Shown: one piece after another, positions 43,490 to 57,346 of the stretch | Layout of the letters: every line of letters starts with the position of its first letter | Numbering within the stretch: position 1 is the first letter of the stretch | NCBI GenBank assembly: GCA_963842535.1 | Contig: CAWJGP010000008.1 | Coordinates: forward strand, 26,190 to 90,189 | Reading direction: 5' to 3' | DNA: 64,000 nt | Source: an uncultured Actinomycetota bacterium | GTDB taxonomy: Bacteria > Actinomycetota > Actinomycetes > Propionibacteriales > Nocardioidaceae | Translations under genes and position numbers: made by a program | The notes under the pieces: model-generated | Told to the model about the DNA's origin: nothing | Seen by the model: the letters and a program-made list of their open reading frames with translations, nothing else | The model's database searches: none

Positions 43490-43555
43490 TTCCGCTATTC
43501 GGACTATTCATTACAAAAGCCTCATAAATGAGGCCTAGCACCTACCCTCCCTTCC

Positions 43556-44632
43556 ATGGGGGATATCCGCGCGCGGCCGAAATCGGCCCCGAGATGGGCG
43601 TCGAGACTGGCGCTGTGCGCTGCCGTGTTCCTCATCGGTGGTGGCTCGGTGCACGCAGGGAATCCAGCCGCTTCGGCGGTGCCCGCCTCCCGCGACGACG
43701 CCGGTGCCACCACCGACTCCCGGGTGCTGGCTGCGAGGGTCGCGGCACGCACCGCGACGACCCGTACGACGCCCCGGTGGGCCGGCTCGGTCAACACCAA
43801 CGACCAGGCGGCGGTCAACGCGGCGTACATGAGCCAGTTCCACCCCGGCTTGAACGTCCCCACCGGTTGGGCAGGTAGCGACAGCCGCTGCATCGCCGGC
43901 AGCCAGGCGTCCGGATCGCGCAGCTCCACCCTGCGCGCCCTCAACTTCACCCGCTCGCTGGCGGGACTGGCCCCGGTCACCTTCTCGACGGACCTGAACT
44001 CACGCTCCCAGCAGACCGCCCTGCTGATGTCGGCCAACAACGCGCTCAGCCACAAACCGCCGTCGTCGTGGCGGTGCTACACGGCCGTGGCCGGAGCCAA
44101 CGCCGGGAAGTCCAACCTGGCCCTCTCCTACCCCTCGATCACCTCGTCGGGCGTCGTGGCGCAGTACCTCGAGGACGCGGGCAGCACCAACCGCCACGCC
44201 GGGCACCGCAGGTGGCTGCTGAACCCCTTCTCCACGACGATGGGGTCGGGCTCCACGAAAACTGCCAACGCGATCACCGTGATCGGGCCGACGTCGGCGT
44301 CCAAGCCAAACCCCGCTGTCGTCCCCTGGCCCACCGCCGGCTGGTTCCCGAACACGCTCGAGCCGTCCGGTCGCTGGTCCCTCTCGCTGGGCGACCGTGC
44401 CCTGAGCTTCCGCTGGGCGTCGGTGCGGGTGTGGCGCAACGGCAAGCTGATCACTGCCACCAAGAACCCGGTCGTCGACGGTTACGCACAGCCGACGCTC
44501 GTGTGGCAGGTCCCGGCGAACCTGGCCCGTTCGGGCACGTTCAAGGTCGAGGTGAGCTCCATCCGGGCGACGGCCAAGAGCACGCGCTACACCCGCACCT
44601 ACACCGTACGGATGTTCACGCCGGGCAACTGA
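43556..44632 (+). CDS. Secreted CAP/SCP-domain protein
   Basis: Signal-peptide-like N-terminus, NFTRSLAGL, LSH, SNLA, GHRRWLLNP. Start uncertain. Confidence 0.82.
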   Translation: MGDIRARPKSAPRWASRLALCAAVFLIGGGSVHAGNPAASAVPASRDDAGATTDSRVLAARVAARTATTRTTPRWAGSVNTNDQAAVNAAYMSQFHPGLNVPTGWAGSDSRCIAGSQASGSRSSTLRALNFTRSLAGLAPVTFSTDLNSRSQQTALLMSANNALSHKPPSSWRCYTAVAGANAGKSNLALSYPSITSSGVVAQYLEDAGSTNRHAGHRRWLLNPFSTTMGSGSTKTANAITVIGPTSASKPNPAVVPWPTAGWFPNTLEPSGRWSLSLGDRALSFRWASVRVWRNGKLITATKNPVVDGYAQPTLVWQVPANLARSGTFKVEVSSIRATAKSTRYTRTYTVRMFTPGN

Positions 44633-44666
44633 CGCCCGCGACGGCCCCATCAGTCAGACGGAGCCG

Positions 44667-45185
44667 TCAGAGGGAGTCGCCGAGCTCGAACGCGTGCGTC
44701 GGCTTCCAGCCCGTGGCGTCGTCGTGGAGGTACATCCACATCTCCTGCACCTCGAACGCAGCGTCGAAGTCCTGGAGGTCGGTGAACGCCTGCTCGAGCT
44801 GCTCGTCGCTGAGGTGGTGCGCGACCGTGACGTGCGGGTGGTAGGGAAACAGGCGCTCGATGGCCAGCGGCCCCTGCCGTACGCCGATCGCGAGCTGTTC
44901 ACACTGGCTGATCCCCTCGACCACCCCGACGAAGACCACCGGGGAGACCGGCTGGAAGGTGCCGGTCCCGCGGAGGTGGACCCGGAACGGCATCAGCTCC
45001 GCGGCGACCATCGCCAGGTGCGACACGACCGCATCGACGTCCCCGTCGGCCACCTCGTGCGGGGGCAGCAACGTGATGTGGGTCGGGATGTAGCGCGCGG
45101 CATCGTCGCCCGCCGCGATGCGGTACTCCTGGAGCTCGGTTCCCCATGGGTCGGGAACGGCGACAGAGACGCCGATGGTGGGCAT
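44667..45185 (-). CDS. 2H phosphoesterase (2'-5' RNA ligase family)
   Basis: Two HxT motifs (PTHITL, HPHVTV). TAAGGT lies 6 nt upstream. Confidence 0.92.
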   Translation of the reverse strand: MPTIGVSVAVPDPWGTELQEYRIAAGDDAARYIPTHITLLPPHEVADGDVDAVVSHLAMVAAELMPFRVHLRGTGTFQPVSPVVFVGVVEGISQCEQLAIGVRQGPLAIERLFPYHPHVTVAHHLSDEQLEQAFTDLQDFDAAFEVQEMWMYLHDDATGWKPTHAFELGDSL

Positions 45186-45223
45186 TCGCCGACCTTACCT
45201 AGCCGGTCCAGTGACTGAGATGG

Positions 45224-46252
45224 TCACCTGGGCACGAACCCGACGCGGTCGTAGACGTCGGCGAGGGTCCGCCTGGCCACCTCGCCGGCGGTGGCCGCAC
45301 CCGCGCTGAGCACACGCTGCAGCTCGGACCGGTCGTCGAGCAGCTCCAGCGTGCGGTTGCGGAACGGGGTCACGAACTCGACCACCACGTCGGCCAGGTC
45401 ACCCTTGAGCTCGCCGTACCCCTTCCCGTCGTACGACGTGACGAGGTCCTCGATGCTGCGCCCGCTGAGGGCCGAGTAGATCGTGAGCAGGTTGGAGACG
45501 CCTGGCTTCTCCTCGGGGTCGAAGCGGATCTCGGACCCTGAGTCGGTCACGGCCGAGCGGATCTTCTTGGCCGAGACCTTGGGGTCGTCGAGCATCTCCA
45601 CGATCCCGGTGATGCTCGAGTTGGACTTCGACATCTTGATCGCCGGGTTCTGCAGGTCGAGGATCTTCGCGGTCGACTTGAGGATGTAGGGCTCCGGCAG
45701 TCGGAAGGTCTTCTTGTAGCGGTGGTTGAAGCGCTGCGCGAGGTCGCGGGTCAGCTCGAGGTGCTGGCGCTGGTCCTCCCCCACCGGGACGTACTCCGGC
45801 CGGTAGAGCAGGATGTCGGCCGCCTGCAGGACCGGATAGGTGAACAGCCCGACGGAGGCGGCTCCCTCGCCGTCCTTGGCTGACTTGTCCTTGAACTGCG
45901 TCATCCGCCGCGCTTCACCGAACCCGGTCAGGCACTCCAGCACCCGGGTGAGCTCCGAGTGCTGGGGCAGGTGCGACTGCACGAAGATCGCCGAGCGCTC
46001 CGGGTCGATGCCCATGGCGATCAGCTGCGCCGCCGCGACCAGGGTGCGCTCGCGCAGCTGCTTCGGTTCCGGCCCTGGTTCGAGCGCGTGCAGGTCCGCG
46101 ATGAAGAAGAACGGCTGGTGTGTCTCCTGAAGATCCACCCACTGCCGCAGCGCGCCCAGGTAGTTCCCGAAGTGGAACGAGTCGCTGGTGGGCTGGATGC
46201 CGGACAGGACGCGCGGGAGGGCTGGCTTCTCAGCCGGGGTCTGCTGGGACAT
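45224..46252 (-). CDS. trpS: Tryptophan--tRNA ligase
   Basis: [37 protein letters not shown]. Confidence 0.97.
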   Translation of the reverse strand: MSQQTPAEKPALPRVLSGIQPTSDSFHFGNYLGALRQWVDLQETHQPFFFIADLHALEPGPEPKQLRERTLVAAAQLIAMGIDPERSAIFVQSHLPQHSELTRVLECLTGFGEARRMTQFKDKSAKDGEGAASVGLFTYPVLQAADILLYRPEYVPVGEDQRQHLELTRDLAQRFNHRYKKTFRLPEPYILKSTAKILDLQNPAIKMSKSNSSITGIVEMLDDPKVSAKKIRSAVTDSGSEIRFDPEEKPGVSNLLTIYSALSGRSIEDLVTSYDGKGYGELKGDLADVVVEFVTPFRNRTLELLDDRSELQRVLSAGAATAGEVARRTLADVYDRVGFVPR

Positions 46253-46317
46253 GGCGGCCATTGTTCCAGCAGCAGTGGGCGGACCCGACACGGGTTTGCC
46301 CCGGCACAATGAGCGGC

Positions 46318-47463
46318 ATGCCCGACGCACACAGCATCGTCCCGACCCTCACCGACGGCGTCGTCGTACTGCGTGCTCCCACCGACGAGGACATCGACGG
46401 TTCCGTGGAGCAGTGCCAGGACCAGCTGAGCCAGCAGTGGACCAGGGTGCCGTCGCCGTACACCCGCGACGACGCGCGCAGGTACCTGCGGCACATCATC
46501 CCCGGTGGCTGGGAGACCGAGCGCGAGTGGGGGTTCGTCGTGGAGGCGCGCGACGACGACGGCGTGCCGCGCTTCGCCGGCACCATCTCGCTGCGCAACG
46601 AGGGCGACGGACGCGCGGAGATCGCCTACGGATCTCATCCGTGGGTGCGCGGACGCGGCGTGATGGAGCGAGCCCTGCGGCTCCTCCTCGACTGGGGCTT
46701 CGCCGAGCGCGACCTGCAGACAGTGATCTGGCTGGCCCGCCGGGGCAACTGGGCCTCTCGCCGCCTGGCCTGGAAGCTGGGCTTCAGCGTCGACGGAACA
46801 CTGCGCCAGTGGCTCCCCCAGCGCGACGGTCTCGCCGACGCGTGGGCGGGCACGTTGCGTCGCGGCGAAGCAATGGCGCCGCGCACGGAGTGGCTCCGCA
46901 CGCCGACGATCACGGGCGCCTCCGTGGTGCTGCGCGCCTCGGTGGACGCTGACATCCCGCGAGTCATCGAGGCAACCAACGACCCGTGGCTGCAGCGGTA
47001 CAGCCAGAGCATCCGCGAGCACGCGCCGCACGACGAGGGCACGGTCCGCGCCCGGGACCTCGACCACCTCGAGGAGAGCGCGGTGGGCTTGTCGATCAGC
47101 TGGACGATCGCGGATGCCCCGACCGATGCCTTCCTCGGCTCGATGGTCATCTATCGCATCCATCCGGGTCGCGAGGCGGAGGTCGGCTACTGGACGCACC
47201 CCGATGCGCGTGGACGCGGCGTGGCCACCGAGGCCTGTCGGCTCGCCGTACGGCACGCCTTCATCGACGCCGAGGACGGCGGGATGGGGCTGCACCGGCT
47301 GGCGGCGTACGCGTCCGAGGACAACCCCGCCTCCCAGCGGATCCTCGAGCGCACCGGCTTCACCCGCATCGGGCTCGAACGGCGCAGCACGCTGCTGCCG
47401 GACGGCAGCTACGTCGACACAGCGGTGTACGACCAGCTGGCCGAGGAGTACTCCAGGGTCTAG
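46318..47463 (+). CDS. Tandem two-domain GNAT (RimJ/RimL-type) acetyltransferase
   Basis: Two repeats: [13 protein letters not shown]...[13 protein letters not shown] and [13 protein letters not shown]...[19 protein letters not shown] lies 7 nt upstream of ATG 46318. Confidence 0.88.
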   Translation: MPDAHSIVPTLTDGVVVLRAPTDEDIDGSVEQCQDQLSQQWTRVPSPYTRDDARRYLRHIIPGGWETEREWGFVVEARDDDGVPRFAGTISLRNEGDGRAEIAYGSHPWVRGRGVMERALRLLLDWGFAERDLQTVIWLARRGNWASRRLAWKLGFSVDGTLRQWLPQRDGLADAWAGTLRRGEAMAPRTEWLRTPTITGASVVLRASVDADIPRVIEATNDPWLQRYSQSIREHAPHDEGTVRARDLDHLEESAVGLSISWTIADAPTDAFLGSMVIYRIHPGREAEVGYWTHPDARGRGVATEACRLAVRHAFIDAEDGGMGLHRLAAYASEDNPASQRILERTGFTRIGLERRSTLLPDGSYVDTAVYDQLAEEYSRV

Positions 47464-48701
47464 GCGGTACGACGGTGCAGGGCGGCCGATGCCAGCAGCA
47501 CCAGCAACCCGGCCGCCGCCAGCCCGGCCCCGACCCAGCTCGCCGAGGTGTAGCCGAACCCGGCGGCCACCACGAGACCACCCAGCCACGCACCGAGGGC
47601 GTTGGCGATGTTGAGGGAGGCGTGGTTCATCGCGGCGCCGATGGTCTGCGCACTGCCCGCGACCTGCATCAGCCGCATCTGCAGGTTCACCACGAGCACC
47701 GAGGTGACCATGCTGAGCGTGAAGACTGTCAGCACGCCGGCCACGAAGAACTGCGAGGTCCAGGTGAACAGCACGAGCGTCAGCGACATCGCTACCGAGG
47801 AGGCCAGCAGCGAACGGAAGATCGACCAGTCAGCGAGCCGGCCACCGAGCGGCGTACCGAGCACCATGCCGACCCCGAAGGCAAGCAGGTACAGCGGAAC
47901 CACGCCCTCGGAGAGCCCGGCGACGTCGGTGACCGTGGGGGCGATGTAGGTGTACATCGCGAACATGCCGCCGAAGCCGATCGCCCCGGCGAGCAGGGTC
48001 AGCAGCACCTGCGGATCCTTGAAGGCGCTCAGCTCGTTGCGGCCGGTCGCCTCGCGGTTCCCCGCCACGTGCGGGACCAGCCAGAGCACCAGGGCTGCGG
48101 TGATCGCGGCGAGCACCGTCACCAGCCAGTACGCCGACCGCCAGCCCGCGTGCTGGCCGAGCCACGTGGCAGCCGGGACACCGGCGACGTTGGAGACGGC
48201 CAGCCCGAGCATCACCCTGCTGACCGCGCGGCCACGACGCTCGGGAGTGACCAGGTCGGCGGCCACGAGCGAGGCGACGCCGAAGTAGGCGCCGTGCGGC
48301 AGTCCGGCGAAGAAGCGAGCGAGGGTGAGCGAGGTGAAGCCGGTCGCCAGCGCGCTCGCTGCGTTGCCGATCAGGAAGACCAGCATCAGCCCGATCAGCA
48401 GCTCGCGTCGCGGCAGCCGGGCGCCGAAGACGGCGATCAGGGGCGCGCCGACCACGACCCCGATGGCGTACGCCGAGATCACGTAGCCGGCGGTCGGGAT
48501 GGACACATCGACCCCGGAGGCAAGCTGGGGCAGCAGTCCCATCGAGACGAACTCGGTGGTGCCGATGGCGAAGCCGCCCATCGCCAGCGCGACCAGCGCG
48601 AACCCGATCTGGAGTGGTGACCCTCGGCGGGCAGCCTCATGCCTCCGCGCGCGCCCGCTCAGCGCAATCGCGTCCGGGGTCTCGTCGATGCTCGTGGTCA
48701 C
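47460..48701 (-). CDS. MFS efflux transporter (Cmx/AraJ-like)
   Basis: FAIGTTEF, ISAYAIGVVVGAP, ARFFAGLPHGAYFG, NIANALGAWLGG, about 12 TM helices. Confidence 0.9.
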   Translation of the reverse strand: MTTSIDETPDAIALSGRARRHEAARRGSPLQIGFALVALAMGGFAIGTTEFVSMGLLPQLASGVDVSIPTAGYVISAYAIGVVVGAPLIAVFGARLPRRELLIGLMLVFLIGNAASALATGFTSLTLARFFAGLPHGAYFGVASLVAADLVTPERRGRAVSRVMLGLAVSNVAGVPAATWLGQHAGWRSAYWLVTVLAAITAALVLWLVPHVAGNREATGRNELSAFKDPQVLLTLLAGAIGFGGMFAMYTYIAPTVTDVAGLSEGVVPLYLLAFGVGMVLGTPLGGRLADWSIFRSLLASSVAMSLTLVLFTWTSQFFVAGVLTVFTLSMVTSVLVVNLQMRLMQVAGSAQTIGAAMNHASLNIANALGAWLGGLVVAAGFGYTSASWVGAGLAAAGLLVLLASAALHRRTA

Positions 48702-48769
48702 CCCTTCTGCAACGCGGAGGCGCCGCCCGGATTCCCGGACGGCGCCAACGAGTGCTGTTACCTACGTCT

Positions 48770-50989
<2,220 letters not shown>

Positions 50990-51019
50990 GTGTGACTCCT
51001 GCGCGTCAGTTCGGGGATT

Positions 51020-51037
51020 TATCTTCACATCAAGATA
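51020..51037. promoter_or_regulatory. Palindromic operator TATCTT-N6-AAGATA upstream of icd
   Basis: Perfect 6-bp arms (TATCTTCACATCAAGATA), AT-rich in a GC-rich background, about 30 nt before the icd start. Confidence 0.65.
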
Positions 51038-51176
51038 CCGCACGGGCTCGACGGTCGATCCGTCGCCAGCCTGTCAGGGGACCGTCGCCGCCACAACCGC
51101 CGCTGATCGGCCGCCCACGTATCTCCGGTACCCGTCTCTGCCTCTCCCTGGTGTAGCCCACGAACGGAGACACCCG

Positions 51177-51359
51177 ATGAACCGCATGACCCCTGCCCTG
51201 GCCCGCCTGCTGGTCGCCGGACGCGAGGAGAAGTTCGAGCCGACGGCCGAGCCCACTGCCGCGCCGACCGAGACGGTCCGGATCCCCCAGCAGCGTCGTG
51301 GGGGCGGGCGGCACGTGCGCACCCGTCCGCGGACCGGGGTGCGCGTACCGCGACGCTGA
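51177..51359 (+). CDS. Small hypothetical protein (60 aa)
   Basis: ATG follows ACGGAGA. Third codon positions are GC-rich in the first two thirds. Fills the icd-mdh gap without overlap. Confidence 0.45.
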   Translation: MNRMTPALARLLVAGREEKFEPTAEPTAAPTETVRIPQQRRGGGRHVRTRPRTGVRVPRR

Positions 51360-51371
51360 CGGCGCTGCTAG

Positions 51372-52406
<1,035 letters not shown>

Positions 52407-52410
52407 ACCT

Positions 52411-52596
52411 CGCCGACCGGTCAGTCGATGTACGCCGGAGCACGCCGAGCGGTCAGTCGATGTACGCCGGAGCACGCCGAGCGGTCACTTCATGTCCAGT
52501 CATCGTGCGCGGATCGACCGGTGAGCGTCGTACGGCGCGCATCCAGTGACCGGTCAGCGTCGTACAGCGTGCATCCAGTGACCGGTCGGCGAATTA
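52411..52596. repeat. Expanded copy of the 32-bp-period palindromic element
   Basis: Left-arm units start at 52411, 52443 and 52475. Right-arm units start at 52515, 52547 and 52579, ending in TGACCGGTCGGCGAATTA, identical to 6445-6462. Confidence 0.85.
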
Positions 52597-52896
52597 CTAG
52601 CCGGGCTGGTTGGGGATCACGCTGGCGAGCACGATCATGGCGGTGCCGACCCCGCCCAGCATGAGTACGTCGACCCACCGGTTGCGGCGTACTCGGAGCA
52701 TCCCGGCGTCACGGTCACGCAGGAGTGCGCGGGCCAGCGCACCGAGGAGTAGGGCCAGGCCGATCAGGCCGACACCTCGACGCCACGGGCCCACTGCGAC
52801 GACCACCAGGCCGACGAGGCTGGTTGCCACGACGATCAGGTAGACCATCCCGCCCACGGTGGACGGGATGCGGCGTGGCTCGTCGGGTGAGCTCAC
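52597..52896 (-). CDS. DUF3017 small membrane protein
   Basis: [23 protein letters not shown]...DV. Lies directly downstream of folD, as is usual in actinobacteria. Confidence 0.85.
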   Translation of the reverse strand: MSSPDEPRRIPSTVGGMVYLIVVATSLVGLVVVAVGPWRRGVGLIGLALLLGALARALLRDRDAGMLRVRRNRWVDVLMLGGVGTAMIVLASVIPNQPG

Positions 52897-53747
52897 GATT
52901 CGAGGGCTGCCTCGGCGCGCTCGACCACGTTGGACAGGAGCATCGCCCGCGTCATCGGGCCGACACCGCCGGGGTTCGGCGAGACCCACGCAGCGACGTC
53001 CCAGACGGCAGGGTCCACGTCGCCGGCGAGCTTGCCGTCGACACGCGAGACGCCGACGTCGAGCACGGCCGCGCCGGGCTTGACCATGTCGGCGGTGACG
53101 ATCGAGGGCACACCGGCCGCAGCCACGACGATGTCGGCCTGGCGCACGTGGGCCGCGAGGTCGCGCGTGCCGGTGTGGCACAGCGTCACCGTGGCGTTCT
53201 CCGTACGACGCGTGAGCAGCAGGCCGAGCGGGCGGCCGACGGTCACGCCACGACCCACGACCACGACGTCCGCGCCGTTGATCTCCACGCCGTGCCGGCG
53301 CAGCAGCGTCACGATGCCGAACGGCGTGCACGGCAGGGGCGCCGGCTTGCCCAGCACCAGCCAGCCGAGGTTGACCGGGTGCAGGCCGTCGGCGTCCTTC
53401 GCCGGGTCGATCTCACCGAGTACGGCGTTCTCGTCCACGCCCTTCGGCAGTGGCAGCTGCACGATGTAGCCGGTGCAGGCCGGGTTGTCGTTGAGGCGCC
53501 GTACGGCGGCCAGGATGTCGTCCTGAGAGGCGGTGCCGGGCAGGTCCTCGCGGATCGACTCGATCCCGACCTCGGCACAGTCCTTGTGCTTGCCGTTGAC
53601 GTACCACGTCGAGCCCGGGTCGTCGCCGACCAGGATCGTGCCCAGTCCTGGGGTGACACCGAGCTCGCGGAGCTTGGTCACTCGCTCGGTCAGCTCGGCC
53701 TTGATGGCCTTGGCCGTGGCGGTCCCGTCCAGCGTCTGCGCAGTCAC
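52893..53747 (-). CDS. folD: Methylenetetrahydrofolate dehydrogenase/cyclohydrolase
   Basis: [43 protein letters not shown]. Confidence 0.97.
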   Translation of the reverse strand: MTAQTLDGTATAKAIKAELTERVTKLRELGVTPGLGTILVGDDPGSTWYVNGKHKDCAEVGIESIREDLPGTASQDDILAAVRRLNDNPACTGYIVQLPLPKGVDENAVLGEIDPAKDADGLHPVNLGWLVLGKPAPLPCTPFGIVTLLRRHGVEINGADVVVVGRGVTVGRPLGLLLTRRTENATVTLCHTGTRDLAAHVRQADIVVAAAGVPSIVTADMVKPGAAVLDVGVSRVDGKLAGDVDPAVWDVAAWVSPNPGGVGPMTRAMLLSNVVERAEAALES

Positions 53748-53773
53748 GTCGTGCATCCTCCCTGAAACCTGGC

Positions 53774-55387
53774 CTAGTGCGCGAAGTGGCGGGTGCCGGT
53801 GAAGTACATCGTCACTCCGGCCTGCTTCGCCGCCTCGATGGTCAGCTCGTCGCGCACCGACCCACCCGGTTGCACGATCGCGCTGACGCCCGCCTCGATC
53901 AGGATCTGCGGCCCGTCCTCGAACGGGAAGAACGCGTCCGACGCCGCCACCGAGCCGCTGGCCCGGTCCCCGGCGCGGCTGACTGCCAGCCGGCACGAGT
54001 CGACCCGGTTGACCTGGCCCATGCCGATGCCGACCGAGGCACCGCCCTTGGCGAGCAGGATCGCGTTGGACTTCGCAGCCCGGCACGCCTTCCAGGCGAA
54101 CGCGAGGTCCGCCAGCGTCTCGTCCGAGGCCGCCTCGCCGGACGCGAGCGTCCAGGTCGACGGGTCGTCGCCCTCGGCGTCGATCGCGTCGCGCACCTGC
54201 ATCAGCAGTCCGCCCGAGATCGGCCGGGTCTCGGCAGCCCCACCCGAGTGCACGGGATGGCAGACGAGGAGTCGCACGTTCTTCTTGCCCTGGAGGATCT
54301 CCACCGCCCCGTCGTCGTACGCCGGAGCGACGACGACCTCGGTGAACACCTCGGCCACCTGCTTCGCCATCTCCACCGTGACCGGCCGGTTCACCGCGAT
54401 CACGCCGCCGAACGCCGAGACCGGGTCGCACTCATGGGCCTTGCGGTGCGCGTCGGCGACGTCAGCCCCCACGGCGATGCCGCACGGGTTGGCGTGCTTG
54501 ATGATCGCGACAGCCGGCTCCTCGAAGTCGTACGCCGCCCGCCGGGCCGCGTCGGCGTCCACGTAGTTGTTGTAGGACATCTCCTTGCCGTGCAGCTGTT
54601 CGGCCTGCGCCAACCCCGGGCGACCGAAGCCCTGGCCGTACAGGGCGGCCGGCTGGTGCGGGTTCTCGCCATAGCGGAGCACCGCCGACCGGTCCCAGGT
54701 GGCACCGATCCAGGCCGGGAAGCCAGTGCCCTCGGAGCTGTCGACGAGTACGTTGCCCATCCAGCTGGCCACGTGCACGTCGTACGTCGCGGTGTGCACG
54801 AACGCCTCGGCGGCCAGCGCCCGGCGCTGCTCGAGGGTGAACCCACCGGCCTGCACGGCCTCGAGCACGTCGCCGTAGCGCTCGGGCGAGGTCACGATCG
54901 CGACCGACGGGTGGTTCTTCGCGGCGGCGCGCACCATCGCGGGGCCGCCGATGTCGATCTGCTCGACGCACTCGTCAGGGGAGGCGCCCGACATCACCGT
55001 CTGCGTGAACGGGTAGAGGTTGGACACCACCAGGTCGAACGGCGCGATCCCCAGCTCGGAGAGCTGCGCGACGTGGGTGGGCAGACGACGGTCGGCCAGG
55101 ATCCCGGCGTGCACCTTGGGGTGCAGCGTCTTCACCCGGCCGTCGAGGCACTCCGGGAAGCCGGTGAGGTCCTCGACCTTGGTCACGGGGAGGCCGAGGT
55201 CGTCGATCAGCTTGGCCGACCCGCCGGTGGAGACCAGCTCGACGCCGGCGTCGTGCAGGCCGCGCACGAGGTCCTCGAGGCCGGCCTTGTCATAGACGGA
55301 GACCAGCGCTCGCTTCAGTGGGCTCTTTCCATTTTCGGGGGTGTCCTGGGTGGGCTCAGCTGTGCCCTGTGACATTTCTTGGGTCAT
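53774..55387 (-). CDS. purH: Bifunctional AICAR transformylase/IMP cyclohydrolase
   Basis: [48 protein letters not shown]. Confidence 0.97.
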   Translation of the reverse strand: MTQEMSQGTAEPTQDTPENGKSPLKRALVSVYDKAGLEDLVRGLHDAGVELVSTGGSAKLIDDLGLPVTKVEDLTGFPECLDGRVKTLHPKVHAGILADRRLPTHVAQLSELGIAPFDLVVSNLYPFTQTVMSGASPDECVEQIDIGGPAMVRAAAKNHPSVAIVTSPERYGDVLEAVQAGGFTLEQRRALAAEAFVHTATYDVHVASWMGNVLVDSSEGTGFPAWIGATWDRSAVLRYGENPHQPAALYGQGFGRPGLAQAEQLHGKEMSYNNYVDADAARRAAYDFEEPAVAIIKHANPCGIAVGADVADAHRKAHECDPVSAFGGVIAVNRPVTVEMAKQVAEVFTEVVVAPAYDDGAVEILQGKKNVRLLVCHPVHSGGAAETRPISGGLLMQVRDAIDAEGDDPSTWTLASGEAASDETLADLAFAWKACRAAKSNAILLAKGGASVGIGMGQVNRVDSCRLAVSRAGDRASGSVAASDAFFPFEDGPQILIEAGVSAIVQPGGSVRDELTIEAAKQAGVTMYFTGTRHFAH

Positions 55388-55995
55388 GCGCCGATCCGCA
55401 CCTTCCTGTCGGTGATCGTGAAGCCCTCGCGGGCCATCCGGCCCACGGTGTCGACGAGCATCCCGCGCTCGGCGACCTTGATGCGTTCGTGCAGCGACTC
55501 GACGTCGTCAGCGTCCTCCACGGGCACGGTCGTCTGCGCGATGATCGGCCCGGTGTCCACGCCCTCGTCGACGACGAAGAGAGTCGCGCCGGTGACCTTG
55601 ACCCCGTAGGCGAGCGCGTCCGCCGGGCCCGTCGTACCGGGGAAGGAGGGGCACAGAGCCGGGTGTGTGTTCACGACCCGGCCGGCGAACCGGCCGAGGA
55701 ACTCGGGTCCGACGAGCTTCATGAACCCGGCGAGGACGACGAGGTCGGGCTCGAAGGCCGCGACGGTGTCGGTCAGGGTGCTGTCCCAGTGTCCGCGGCT
55801 GGTGAACGCGGCCACCTTGCGCACGAACGTCGGGACGGCGGCCTTGTCGGCCCGCACCAGTCCCTCGGTGCCGTCCCGGTCGGCGCCGACTGCCACCACC
55901 TGGGCGCCGTACGCCGGGTCCTCGCACGCGTCGAGCAGTGCCTGGAGGTTGGTGCCGGCGCCGGAGACGAGTACGACGAGACGGGTTGCGGGCAC
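55384..55995 (-). CDS. purN: Phosphoribosylglycinamide formyltransferase
   Basis: [35 protein letters not shown] 55995 lies 6 nt after TAGCCT; alternative start 56001. Confidence 0.96.
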   Translation of the reverse strand: MPATRLVVLVSGAGTNLQALLDACEDPAYGAQVVAVGADRDGTEGLVRADKAAVPTFVRKVAAFTSRGHWDSTLTDTVAAFEPDLVVLAGFMKLVGPEFLGRFAGRVVNTHPALCPSFPGTTGPADALAYGVKVTGATLFVVDEGVDTGPIIAQTTVPVEDADDVESLHERIKVAERGMLVDTVGRMAREGFTITDRKVRIGA

Positions 55996-56014
55996 CGGCA
56001 CAGGCTAACCGGGA

Positions 56015-57280
56015 TCAAGCGCGGCGCTGCCACCAGGCAGTGACCACGCCCGCGACCAGCCCACCGAGGCTCATCGCCATCACCGCGGCCACCAGCACCT
56101 CCCCCAGGGGAGCGCCGATGTCGGCCATCCGGCCGGTGCCCATCGGACCGCCAGAGAGCGCGATCGCCAGGGTGGTCAGGACTGCCGCGCCGAAGCCGCA
56201 GCCGAAGCCGCGCAGCGCGGCGGAGTCGTACGACGTGACCCGGTAAGCACGCTGCGCGAGGACCGCGCCCACGGCGCCGACGACCACTGGCACCGCAAGC
56301 AGGCCAGCCGCCCACTCGGGGGTGGCCCCGTCGCCGGGCAGGGCCGCGAGCAACGGGAAGGCGGGGACCGGTCCGAGCGCGACGACGGTGGGCGACACCA
56401 CCGTCCCGGTGCCGATCGCGAAGCCCGGCCCCAGGAGGTAGGCGCTGCCGAACAGGACCGCGTTGGGCGCGACCGCGACCGTCGCGAGCGCGTACATCAC
56501 GTAGTCGCCCGGCCCGAGCTGCAGCTCGGACATCACCGTGGCCGCCTCGTTGAGCCCTGTGACGAGGGCAGCGGCCACCAGCACCGAGGACGCGACGACG
56601 AGCAGCAGGAACGACGCGGCGGCGCCGTACGCGATCGACCGGATCCAGCCGGGCACGCGCTCGACCCAGCCGCGGAGGTGACCCGTCCCGGAGGCGATGC
56701 CGAGCGTCCCAGCAGTCCCCGAGAGCAGCAGCGAGCCCACGATGGCCCGCCCGAGGCTGGGGCTGGCCGAGTCCTGCGCGGCGATCACGCAGGTGACCAC
56801 CGCTATCACGACGTAGATGCCGGTGAGGATCGTTGCCGCCAGCAGCACGGCCCGGTCGTCCTCGGGCGGCTCCGAGGTCGCCGCCGCCCAGCGCCCGGAG
56901 CGGTAGACGACCATCGCGATCAGCGCGGTCAGGGTGAGCGGCACGATCCCGAGAGGTACGCCGGACAGGGTCAGCTGCGCTCCATGGCCCACCAGCCACG
57001 CGTCCGCACCGACCCGGAGAGCGTCAGTGGTCTGGCCGTGCGCTCCGGCGTCGGCCAGGAACCAGCCGATGACGGCTACGCCCATGCAGGTGACCATCGC
57101 GGTGCCGGCAGCACCCAGGGCCGCGAGGGCGGCCGACACGGTGAGCGGTCGCCCCTCTGGCTCCGCGCCGGGCGTCGACCCGGAGGGGCGTCTGGAGAGG
57201 AGGCGGGACAGACGTCCGTAGACCCCAAGTGGACGTCCGGACGAGCCCGCGGAGGTCGGTCGGCTCAGCAGATCAGTCAT
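56015..57280 (-). CDS. DUF6350/PerM-like integral membrane protein
   Basis: WLVGHG, PNAV, PVPAFPLLAALP, GGPMGTGRM, many TM helices. Lies directly upstream of purN. Confidence 0.8.
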   Translation of the reverse strand: MTDLLSRPTSAGSSGRPLGVYGRLSRLLSRRPSGSTPGAEPEGRPLTVSAALAALGAAGTAMVTCMGVAVIGWFLADAGAHGQTTDALRVGADAWLVGHGAQLTLSGVPLGIVPLTLTALIAMVVYRSGRWAAATSEPPEDDRAVLLAATILTGIYVVIAVVTCVIAAQDSASPSLGRAIVGSLLLSGTAGTLGIASGTGHLRGWVERVPGWIRSIAYGAAASFLLLVVASSVLVAAALVTGLNEAATVMSELQLGPGDYVMYALATVAVAPNAVLFGSAYLLGPGFAIGTGTVVSPTVVALGPVPAFPLLAALPGDGATPEWAAGLLAVPVVVGAVGAVLAQRAYRVTSYDSAALRGFGCGFGAAVLTTLAIALSGGPMGTGRMADIGAPLGEVLVAAVMAMSLGGLVAGVVTAWWQRRA

Positions 57281-57346
57281 CGCTGTCCCATCCTGACCCA
57301 GGACGTCGGGTAGGCCGGAGAGGCACGCGGGTAGCCTCGGCCTGTC

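Noticed and set aside
52411-52596. Regularly spaced repeats as a CRISPR array
   Set aside because: The intervening sequences are themselves repeated, the arms are inverted, the period is only 32 bp, and no cas genes are present.
55320-55387. AT-richer N-terminal extension of purH as an inserted element
   Set aside because: It is short, in frame, coupled to the purN stop and has no terminal repeats. A variable N-terminal tail explains it.
53748-57346. ZTP (pfl) riboswitch before purH, purN or folD
   Set aside because: purN and purH overlap, the other gaps are under 70 bp, and I see no matching consensus.
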